Virus record (IMG/VR): IMGVR_UViG_3300032007_000027
Origin: a virus
Taxonomy: Duplodnaviria; Caudoviricetes
DNA length: 64,000 nucleotides
Direction: 5' to 3' (one strand)
Made by a program: the position numbers and the translations under genes. The notes under the pieces were generated by a model that was not told where the DNA came from, made no database searches, and saw only the letters and a list, made by a program, of their open reading frames with translations. Below are positions 49,549 through 58,159 of the stretch, piece after piece; the stretch's first letter is position 1, and every line of letters starts with the position of its first letter.

Positions 49549-52377
49549 GTGCATATGCAAGTTATCAAACGTGACGGCTCATTACAGGAATTCAATGAGG
49601 ATAAAATCCTTAATGCAATTTCCGAAGCTATGAAATCTGTTAATGCTTTTAATCTGTTAAAAGCAAATGAAATTACAGAAAGAGTTATAGCAAAGATTTT
49701 AAAGAACAATAACAACATCGGTGTTGAAGATATACAGGATTTAGTTGAAAAAGAACTTATGCGTTCTTGCAAGGATGCTGCAAAGTCTTTTATCATCTAT
49801 AGAAAAGAGCATGAAAAAATCCGTGAATCAAAAACAAATCTGTATAAAAATCTTAATCAGATTTTGCATCTCGATGCTAAAGAAAGCGATTTGATGCGAG
49901 AGAATGCAAATATTGATGGTAATGCACCAATGGGGATAATGCTCAGAATAGGCTCAGAAACTTCAAAGGACTATTATAAAAAATATGTTCTTGAACCAAA
50001 GGCATCTGAAGCCCACTCAAACGGTGATATCCATATTCATGATTTAGATTTTTATGCAAAAACCAATAACTGTATGCATATAGATCTAGGTCCGCTGTTA
50101 AAGAACGGTTTCAGTACCGGCTATGGTGTAAACACCGAACCTCAGAGCATCGAAACAGCATCCGCACTTGCATGTATCATTCTGCAATCTAATCAGAATG
50201 ACATGCACGGCGGTCAAGGCTTGCCGATTTTTGAATACAATCTTGCACCGTATGTATGTAAATCATTTGCTAAAAACATTATAGCAACTTTAAATACAGT
50301 ATTAAGAACTGACAATCCGTTTAAAGATGTATTCAATTTTGTTAATCAAGCATATGAAGATTCCGGCGATGGGGAATACTGCCGAACTGTAATGGATCAA
50401 AAAGGTTTACAAAAAATAGGCAACTATTTAGCAAGTTTAGTAAACAAAGATGATGTGGATTATATAATTGAACACAGTTTAAAACTCACAGATAAATGTG
50501 TTAATCAGGCTATGCAGATTGTAGTACATAATCTATGCACTATGAACAGCCGTGCAGGGTCACAGGTTCCTTTCAGTTCAATTAATTACGGTACTGGAAC
50601 AACTGAGGAATGCCGTTTAATTATTAAGAACATGTTAAAAGTAACAGAAAAAGGTCTTGGATTTGGTGAAACCCCGATATTTCCAGTGCAGATTTTCAAG
50701 ATGAAAGAAGGTGTTAATGCAAACAAGGGTGATCCGAACTATGATTTATTCCAATATGCATGTAAAGTAACAGCAAAAAGAATGTTCCCTAACTTTGCAA
50801 ATCTTGATACCCCTGATAACATTCAATACTATAAAAAAGGCAGACCGGAAACCGAATATGCTACCATGGGTATGCTTAGTAAAGGTAAGGTTGAACTGTA
50901 TATAGTTGAAATTGATGATTATATAACTCTTGATATTTCCGAGGTTTGTGATACTTTATTAACTCATTTCCCATTCACTGTAATAGATGAAGAAGTTAAA
51001 CAGTTTGATGAATATACAAGATATATCGAGATTGACGGTATTGAAATCTTTGATACGATTTCATACAAATGGGTTAAAGTTAAAAAATGGATGTGCTGTG
51101 AAGATCCGAATGCTAAATGGTTGAAACTTACCTACTTAGATAAAAATAATGAGTATTCAATAATTGCAACGGACGATCACCCGTTGCCGGTAGTAAGAAA
51201 CAATAAAATTAAAAGATGCCTTTTAAAAGACGTTAAAACCACCGATTTTCTTGTTTCTACCGAACTGTTTGAACAAACCTATATGGAGATTAAGGATATC
51301 GAATTCGTTGAAAATACAGGCTTTACAGGCTATGATTTTGAAACTGAATCCGATAGATTTGACGTTGATAACTTTGTTTCTCATAACTGCAGAACAAGGG
51401 TAATCTCTAATGACGTTTATCCAGAAAAGGCTATTACAGTAGGACGTGGAAATCTTAGTTTTACAACTATCAATCTTCCTAGACTTGCTATTACCACTAA
51501 ACTTGAAAACAATGAGGAAGTTTGCAGCCAAGTTACAGATAACGATTTAATTGTTTTCTATAATAAACTTGATAATATCATTGATTTAATCTTTGAACAA
51601 TTGATGCAGAAGTTTGAAATTCTCGCTAAAAAGAAAGTTTATAACTTCCCATTCTTGTTCGGTCAAGGGGTTCATATTGATTCTGAATACCTAGACAATA
51701 ACGATGAAATCCGAGAAGCCATGAAACAAGGTACAATGTCAATCGGTTTTATCGGACTTGCGGAAACTTTAAAAGCTTTGACCGGTAAACATCATGGCGA
51801 AAGCGACAGTTCTTATGCATTGGGTTATGATATTATTAAACATATCAGAGCAAGAACTGATAAGGCAACTAAAGATTTAGGTTATAATTTCAGTACTTTT
51901 GCAACACCGGCAGAGGGTCTTTCATCTCGGTTTACCAAAATTGATAAACGCAAATACGGTATAATTCCGGGGGTTACAGATCGGGAATATTATACAAACT
52001 CATTCCACATTCCGGTTTACTATGATATTCTTGCATACAAGAAAATGAAACTTGAAGGACCTTTTCATCAGTTATGCAATGCCGGTGCAATCACTTATGT
52101 TGAACTTGACGGAGATTTGGTACACAATACATCGGTTATTGAAAAGCTGGTTAAATACTCAAAAGAATGTGGTATTGATTACTTTTCAATCAACCATGCG
52201 ATTGATACATGTCCTATATGCAGATATCAAGGTATTATCAACGGCAACACATGCCCTAGCTGCGGATGGGTTGAAGGTACTGAAATCAATATCTGCGATT
52301 TAAAACAGAAAGGTATAAACATTAAAAATCTTAATTTAAGATTTGAAAATGAATCAGAAAAGAAAAAATATTTTTAA
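49549..52377 (+). CDS. nrdD: Anaerobic ribonucleoside-triphosphate reductase with intein
   Basis: ATP cone, IHIHDLDF, QN...GGQ, RAG.Q.PFSS, MG|intein|CRT, TPAEGL, YTNSFH. Confidence 0.95.
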   Translation: MHMQVIKRDGSLQEFNEDKILNAISEAMKSVNAFNLLKANEITERVIAKILKNNNNIGVEDIQDLVEKELMRSCKDAAKSFIIYRKEHEKIRESKTNLYKNLNQILHLDAKESDLMRENANIDGNAPMGIMLRIGSETSKDYYKKYVLEPKASEAHSNGDIHIHDLDFYAKTNNCMHIDLGPLLKNGFSTGYGVNTEPQSIETASALACIILQSNQNDMHGGQGLPIFEYNLAPYVCKSFAKNIIATLNTVLRTDNPFKDVFNFVNQAYEDSGDGEYCRTVMDQKGLQKIGNYLASLVNKDDVDYIIEHSLKLTDKCVNQAMQIVVHNLCTMNSRAGSQVPFSSINYGTGTTEECRLIIKNMLKVTEKGLGFGETPIFPVQIFKMKEGVNANKGDPNYDLFQYACKVTAKRMFPNFANLDTPDNIQYYKKGRPETEYATMGMLSKGKVELYIVEIDDYITLDISEVCDTLLTHFPFTVIDEEVKQFDEYTRYIEIDGIEIFDTISYKWVKVKKWMCCEDPNAKWLKLTYLDKNNEYSIIATDDHPLPVVRNNKIKRCLLKDVKTTDFLVSTELFEQTYMEIKDIEFVENTGFTGYDFETESDRFDVDNFVSHNCRTRVISNDVYPEKAITVGRGNLSFTTINLPRLAITTKLENNEEVCSQVTDNDLIVFYNKLDNIIDLIFEQLMQKFEILAKKKVYNFPFLFGQGVHIDSEYLDNNDEIREAMKQGTMSIGFIGLAETLKALTGKHHGESDSSYALGYDIIKHIRARTDKATKDLGYNFSTFATPAEGLSSRFTKIDKRKYGIIPGVTDREYYTNSFHIPVYYDILAYKKMKLEGPFHQLCNAGAITYVELDGDLVHNTSVIEKLVKYSKECGIDYFSINHAIDTCPICRYQGIINGNTCPSCGWVEGTEINICDLKQKGINIKNLNLRFENESEKKKYF
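50872..51387 (+). other. Mini-intein (172 aa) beginning with Met
   Basis: Interrupts MG/CRT; block B ATDDHPL, block F YDFET, terminal SHN|C. Confidence 0.85.
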
Positions 52378-52490
52378 GGTATAAATTTAAGGGTACAATT
52401 TGTTAAAAATTGTACCTTTTTATATTAAAAAGTACTTGACAAATACTAAATAATTTAGTATACTATATACAATGATTTGAGGATTGAAAT

Positions 52491-52982
52491 ATGAGTTTTA
52501 AAGATTTTCTGCTTGAAAAAGAATATCTTAATGAGATGGCAACATCATATTCGGATGATAATACTTCAATTATTGTCAATCCGGTTGATTCCGGCAATCT
52601 TTCATATTTCAAATATTGCAATACAAGTAGATACAGTTCGCAGTCTGCAATTGCAAGAATATCATTGCTTGAACCTGAATATATCTACAATCACAATGAC
52701 GGTCATGCAGTTTTACTGCTATCATCAAAAGCTAAAAAGAATTTGAATAATAAGCTGATGCAACCATCAAAAAAGTATAAAGGATATACTGTTTTTCAAG
52801 CTGTATTGATTGATTTCAATATTGAAAAGTTCGGAATATATCTTGATGATCAAATGCAAATCGATGATTACGTTTTTGGAAAACCGTTGCCATTGAATCT
52901 AAAACAGCCGGATTATACAAAATTGCCATCTGAAGATTTTGCTAAAAAGAAAATAAATAGAAAAAGAATTATTTTTATATAA
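52491..52982 (+). CDS. Hypothetical protein with capsid-targeting-like leader
   Basis: MSFKDFLLEKEYLNE; ARISL..PEY..H and QPDYTKL. Confidence 0.6.
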   Translation: MSFKDFLLEKEYLNEMATSYSDDNTSIIVNPVDSGNLSYFKYCNTSRYSSQSAIARISLLEPEYIYNHNDGHAVLLLSSKAKKNLNNKLMQPSKKYKGYTVFQAVLIDFNIEKFGIYLDDQMQIDDYVFGKPLPLNLKQPDYTKLPSEDFAKKKINRKRIIFI

Positions 52983-53028
52983 ATAATATATAAATATAAA
53001 TAAAAAATTTTAACAAAAGGATTAAAAT

Positions 53029-53652
53029 ATGCTCAAAAGACCTACAAGATTTACAAGAACCCCAAGACGTTTAAATGAGTCTAATGGGATTTATTATGAA
53101 TTTAAAATGCTTGAACAAATGGAAATCAATCCTATCACTTATTTTGACTATCCTAAGGTTGAAAAATTTGATAAAAAACTTTTGGATGGCAAAGATATTT
53201 CCAAGGAACTTGATGATTTAAATGAGAAAATCAATCGTTATGAAAAACTTGGAACACGGATTCTCAAAATAAACGCTAATCCAGAACTTGCGAGGGATGG
53301 TGAAGAAGATGCAACACGTTCTTTCATAAATGAAAGAGATTTCGTAAAAAATCTTATTGCATCAAAGAGAGTGTATGAATATTATAGCTTGCAAAATGAG
53401 ACAGTTCAAGATATAATGCACGTTATTAATCCGGGCGAACCTATGAAGTCTGCCATTAAGAAACTTGTTAAAATGACTAAAACTGTCAAAGGTATGGCTA
53501 GAACTTTCAGAACATATCAATTCTTTGATGAATATACAGAGGAAGATATTCTTGAACAGATTAAAGAATTCGATGGTGTTGTAAGACTTTGCGGCTCTAT
53601 TGACACATATGTTAAATTTGAAGATGGAAAAGCCGTAGGTGTTTACTTCTAA
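53029..53652 (+). CDS. Putative internal protein
   Basis: MLKRPTRFTRTPRRLNES leader; late promoter. Confidence 0.65.
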   Translation: MLKRPTRFTRTPRRLNESNGIYYEFKMLEQMEINPITYFDYPKVEKFDKKLLDGKDISKELDDLNEKINRYEKLGTRILKINANPELARDGEEDATRSFINERDFVKNLIASKRVYEYYSLQNETVQDIMHVINPGEPMKSAIKKLVKMTKTVKGMARTFRTYQFFDEYTEEDILEQIKEFDGVVRLCGSIDTYVKFEDGKAVGVYF

Positions 53653-53759
53653 TCTATAACTATTGCAAGAATTTCAATAAGTATATATAATAAAAGTCAC
53701 AAAAGTATTCAGCAAAAGCTGAGTATTTTGTGGCTTTGATAATTTAGAGATTTTAGAAT

Positions 53760-55115
53760 ATGTCAGAAACTATAGATACTTTTTTCAATACAAGACTTGT
53801 TAATTATGCATCTTATGATAATTTAAGAAAGATTGCATCATGTATCGATGGACTTAAAAATGCATCAAGAAAGGTGATGTATACCGTTCTTGAAAAGAAT
53901 ATTAAAGATAATGTAAAGGTATTACAGCTTGCTAATAAGTCTGCAGAGTTTGCTGATTATCTGCATGGGGATTTAAGCGGTGTATGCATTACTCTTGGAC
54001 AGGATTTCAGCGGTACTAATAATGTTCCGTTGCTTAAAAAATCCGGTAATTTCGGTACTAGAAGTATTCATGAAGCATCTGCACCTAGATATATTTTTGC
54101 AAAAGGGTCTGAACTGTTTTTTAAAATCTATTCTAAAGAAGATAATGATATTTTAGATGTTCAATATTTTGAAGGTTCTAAAATTGAACCTAGATTTTAT
54201 GTACCGGCACTTCCGATGCTTTTAATCAATGGTTCAGACGGTGTATCAATGGGTTTTGCTCAAAAGATTATGCCTAGAGATTTTAAAGATGTCAAAAAAT
54301 ATCTCATTGACCGTTTAAATGGCAAGAAAGGTAATGTAAAACTTCTTGAACCGTCAGTAAATAACTTTAATGGCACTATTATAAAGGATTTAGAAACCCC
54401 TAACAAGTATTTAGTAAGCGGTATTGTAAGAAAGATTAAAGATACAGAGTTTCTTATTGAGGAAATACCGTATACTTATGATTTAGCTGAATATTTAAAG
54501 GTTTTGAATGAACTTGAAGAAAGCAAATTTATTCAGAAGTATGCAGATGAGTCCGATGGGGAGAATTCCTTAAAATTCCGTGTTTACATATCAAGGGCGA
54601 ATCAGGAAGCATGTAACATCAAAGCCGGAGATAAGAATCCAGATTTAAGCATATTATTAAACAAGTTAAAACTTATAAAACCGATTACAGAGAATTATAC
54701 AAGTATAGATGAAAATCTTAAAATATTCCAAGCAAACAGTATAATTGAACTGTTTGACAGGTATTATGATGTAAAATTAAAATATATCGAGAAAAGAAAA
54801 AAATTTTTATTAGATCGTTATATATATAATAACAATATTAATAATTCAAAAAAGAGATTTATTGAACTGTATATAAAAGGCAAACTCAAAATCAATAATG
54901 TTAAGAAAGAAGAACTTATTGAAGAACTTGAAAAGCTAAAATTCCTTAAAATCGAGGATTCCTATGATTATCTTTTAAAAATGCCTATATACTCGCTGAC
55001 ATTTGAAAAGATTGAAGAACTTAAACAAGCTATTGAGGAACTTGAAAACAAAATAATAGAACTTAAAAATTCTACTGCAGAACAAATATGGTTGAATGAT
55101 TTGAAAAAACTGTGA
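53760..55115 (+). CDS. DNA topoisomerase II medium subunit (gp52/GyrA-like)
   Basis: DGLK...RK, YLHG, GNFG.R...ASAPRY, EP.FY.P.LP..L.NG..G..GF. Confidence 0.95.
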   Translation: MSETIDTFFNTRLVNYASYDNLRKIASCIDGLKNASRKVMYTVLEKNIKDNVKVLQLANKSAEFADYLHGDLSGVCITLGQDFSGTNNVPLLKKSGNFGTRSIHEASAPRYIFAKGSELFFKIYSKEDNDILDVQYFEGSKIEPRFYVPALPMLLINGSDGVSMGFAQKIMPRDFKDVKKYLIDRLNGKKGNVKLLEPSVNNFNGTIIKDLETPNKYLVSGIVRKIKDTEFLIEEIPYTYDLAEYLKVLNELEESKFIQKYADESDGENSLKFRVYISRANQEACNIKAGDKNPDLSILLNKLKLIKPITENYTSIDENLKIFQANSIIELFDRYYDVKLKYIEKRKKFLLDRYIYNNNINNSKKRFIELYIKGKLKINNVKKEELIEELEKLKFLKIEDSYDYLLKMPIYSLTFEKIEELKQAIEELENKIIELKNSTAEQIWLNDLKKL

Positions 55116-55172
55116 TATACTTCAAATATTTTAATATAAAGTATTGCATTTTAAAAATATATTTTATATTAT
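55111..55172 (+). promoter_or_regulatory. CRP-like box plus sigma70 promoter
   Basis: TGTGA-N6-TCAAA centred 25.5 bp upstream of TTGCAT-17-TATTAT. Confidence 0.6.
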
Positions 55173-55202
55173 AAAAATGAGTATAGAGAGAGGTTTTGAA
55201 TT

Positions 55203-55556
55203 ATGAAGTTTTCTGATTTTCCAAAAGAACAAGTGATTTTATCCGTTTACGATGCACTGGATGAATTATCTACAGATTATGATATCCATGCATACCCATA
55301 CTTTTTTGATAGATTGATGGCTGCACTTGAATACTTAGATATCAGTTCAGAAAGCATAAAGGGTTTAAATTTTGGAAATCAAGAAAGCTATTTAAATGCA
55401 GTATATGAATTGATAGATGCCCTTTGCAGCAAATATGAAAGCATCATTGATGATGTACGTCATAATCAGGAACTTGTACTGCAATACTACAAAATAGACT
55501 TGCTTGGACTTGATATTGAGTATAACGATATTGAACAGATTGAGATTGAATTATGA
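55203..55556 (+). CDS. Hypothetical protein, tandem paralog 1
   Basis: MKFSDFPKE..YDALD..YPYF..RL.AALEYL. Confidence 0.8.
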   Translation: MKFSDFPKEQVILSVYDALDELSTDYDIHAYPYFFDRLMAALEYLDISSESIKGLNFGNQESYLNAVYELIDALCSKYESIIDDVRHNQELVLQYYKIDLLGLDIEYNDIEQIEIEL

Positions 55557-55903
55557 AGTTTTCAGATTTTCCAAAAGAACATGTCATTATCAACGTGTAT
55601 GATGCATTAGATGAACTATATTTAGATTATCCGCTTAAAGTATATCCATACTTTTTTGATAGATTGAGGGCCGCACTTGAATACCTAGATATCAGTTCAG
55701 AAAGTATCAAAGGCTTGAATTCTGATAATCAGGAAAGCTATTTAGGGGCTGTATATGATTTGTTGAAAGAAGTCACTCACAGATACAAAGCAATCATCAA
55801 AGCAGTGCAAGATGATGAAAATCTTGTACTTAAATATTATACAACAAATCTTCTTGGGTTTGATACAATTTCAAATAATGAACCAGTTGAAATTGAATTA
55901 TGA
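55553..55903 (+). CDS. Hypothetical protein, tandem paralog 2
   Basis: Same motifs; ATGA coupling. Confidence 0.8.
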   Translation: MKFSDFPKEHVIINVYDALDELYLDYPLKVYPYFFDRLRAALEYLDISSESIKGLNSDNQESYLGAVYDLLKEVTHRYKAIIKAVQDDENLVLKYYTTNLLGFDTISNNEPVEIEL

Positions 55904-56374
55904 AGTTTTCAGATTTTCCAAAAGAACAAGTGATATTAGCTGTCTATGATGCACTGGATTATATATTCCATGATTGCCCGGTTCGAGCATATCCATACTT
56001 TTATGTTCGATTACGGGCTGCACTCGAATATTTAAATATCAACTCTGACAGTATCAAAGATTTGAATATGAGTAATCAAGAATACCATATATGCCAAATT
56101 CGAGATATTATGGATGAGTTTGATGACAAATATGGTGATATTCATAATTCAATCATGGGAAATGATGAGTTAAGAATGCAGTATTGGAACTGTCCTTAAA
56201 TTAAATCCAATTTTAGTAGCTTAATTAACCTTAATTTCATTGTTAAGTATAGTATAGATAATGTTTAAAAACTTTTAAGTATATCACATTTTTAAAAATA
56301 AATTTATTGACATATAAATAAAGGTGTTATATACTTCTTTTTAATATGATGGCACGTAGTTAAGTTATTGAACT

Positions 56375-57871
56375 ATGAAAAAAGTAAAAGTTAAGACAAA
56401 AAATTTAAAACAAACCAAAAAAAGACGCAAAAAGAAAAGTCATAAATATAGTTTTATGATTACTCTTAAATTTGCATATAAACTAATTTTTGGTGACAAA
56501 GAACTTTTAGAGAAGTTAAGAAAACAATTTACATCTCTTGTTCATATTTTTTATAACTTAATCGTTGATAATCCAAAAATAACATGCCGTGAAGTTAAAG
56601 AACGAATTAAAGATTATAATAATCTTGATTTAATGGATTCTATTCTTATTCAATATGCTTATGAAAAAGCATATGAAATTTATAAATGTCATAATGTTGA
56701 TAATAAAGGTGAACCAGCAGGTCATAAACTCGTTTTTGGTGAACGAAAAAACCTTATTAAAACATCTAAACACACATTATCAAAAAAAGAATTTAAAAAG
56801 CTAAGAATGATGCCTTTATATTTAGTAGGCGATGCAAATTATTTTGGTAATAGACGTGTTAGAATTAAAGATAAACGGACTCTTGAATTTGTTGTTAATC
56901 GTAAAGTAGTTTTTGTTTTTAAAGTATTTGATAAAAGATGCAGTATCTTAAATCAACTCAAGAAAAAACAAGATGCTAAACAGATCCCGATTACTTATAC
57001 TATTGGTGATGATTATATTAGTATAACATATAATCAAAAATTGCTTACAGTTCCTAAAAATCATAATCTGTTAGCAAATAGAATTATGTCAATGGATTTG
57101 AATCCTGATTATATCGGCATTACAATTTTTGATGTCGATCAAAATAGCCATATCCGAAACATTCTAAAAGCATATGTTATGGAGTGGAGTACTATAACTG
57201 AGGTTCAAAAGGAATTAAACCAACCTAGTAACTCGGAAGGCAATAAATATCTTACCAATAAGAGAAAACATGAAATTCAGGAAATTGCTAAACACATTTC
57301 AGATTTATCAGTATTTTATAAATGCAAATATATCGCAGTAGAAGATTTGGATTTTGATTCTAACTGTAAAGGTTTTAGAAACTCTAAATGGAATAGGAAT
57401 TTAGTGTTTCAATCATTATTTAAACATTCCGTTGAAAACGGTGTTACTATTTTACGTGTTAATCCGGCTTATACAAGTATCATAGGAAATATTGTCTGCA
57501 GACATAATATTCCTGATATGTGTAGAAGTGCGTATGAAATTGGTTATCGAGCAGTAAAAGGACTTCAAAATGGAAATTTCGATAAAGACTGGGTAGATAC
57601 AAATGAATATCTTCATTCCTTAGATAAGGTTAAAGACTTTATTATTAAATCGTTGGAAGAATGCGGTAATAAAGATAAAGAGATTAAAAAAGTTAGTAAA
57701 TTTACTAACTACAGACAAATAAGTATATTCATCAATGAAAACAATATACAGTATAGAGTTTCCATTGAAGAATGTCATGATAATGAAACAGTCTATAGAT
57801 TTAAAAATAAAAAATCGCTTGCTAAGATACGTTCTTACGGCGTAAGACACTATAAAAAGAAGATTGCTTGA
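56375..57871 (+). CDS. tnpB: TnpB-like RuvC nuclease lacking the Cys4 zinc finger
   Basis: SMDLNP (RuvC-I), AVEDL (RuvC-II), VNPAYTSIIG, PDM..SAYEIG (RuvC-III). Confidence 0.8.
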   Translation: MKKVKVKTKNLKQTKKRRKKKSHKYSFMITLKFAYKLIFGDKELLEKLRKQFTSLVHIFYNLIVDNPKITCREVKERIKDYNNLDLMDSILIQYAYEKAYEIYKCHNVDNKGEPAGHKLVFGERKNLIKTSKHTLSKKEFKKLRMMPLYLVGDANYFGNRRVRIKDKRTLEFVVNRKVVFVFKVFDKRCSILNQLKKKQDAKQIPITYTIGDDYISITYNQKLLTVPKNHNLLANRIMSMDLNPDYIGITIFDVDQNSHIRNILKAYVMEWSTITEVQKELNQPSNSEGNKYLTNKRKHEIQEIAKHISDLSVFYKCKYIAVEDLDFDSNCKGFRNSKWNRNLVFQSLFKHSVENGVTILRVNPAYTSIIGNIVCRHNIPDMCRSAYEIGYRAVKGLQNGNFDKDWVDTNEYLHSLDKVKDFIIKSLEECGNKDKEIKKVSKFTNYRQISIFINENNIQYRVSIEECHDNETVYRFKNKKSLAKIRSYGVRHYKKKIA

Positions 57872-58108
57872 TTCGGGGTTTGCATAGGAAGTATTGCCTT
57901 TGAATCAAGTTAGAATGCCGTAAAAAGCAATTTAACTTTAAAATAGCGATTCACTATTATAGAGTCTTAAAACAAAAAGAAATCTGAATTAGGTTAAGAT
58001 TTCCTCTTAATATGCTTATGCATGATGAGATCTTTTAGGTTGAACTACATGATGTATATCATAGTTCAAATAAGTCCCGAAAATTGGATTTAATTTAGGG
58101 ACAGTTCC
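57872..58108 (+). ncRNA. Putative TnpB omegaRNA/reRNA scaffold
   Basis: Non-coding, multi-hairpin, ends in a TIR stem; motif shared with 42540-42716. Confidence 0.65.
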
Positions 58109-58159
58109 TATTGGAAACGTGATATCCTCAAACTGCATTCTGTGAAAACGATACGTTAA

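Larger units (their letters stand above)
56186..58108 (+). mobile_element. TIR-bounded TnpB cassette (no transposase)
   Basis: 29-bp TIRs GGAACTGTCC(T/C)TAAATTAAATCCAATTTT (28/29), TATT duplicated on both sides. Confidence 0.9.
55900..58159 (+). pseudogene. Tandem paralog 3, interrupted near its 3' end by the TnpB cassette
   Basis: Removing 56186-58112 gives ...ELRMQYWKRDILKLHSVKTIR*, aligning with the paralog C-termini. Confidence 0.8.

Noticed and set aside
56375-57871. Cas12 of a type V CRISPR system
   Set aside because: There is no adjacent repeat-spacer array; the ORF lies inside a TIR/TSD element, as expected for a TnpB-like cargo.
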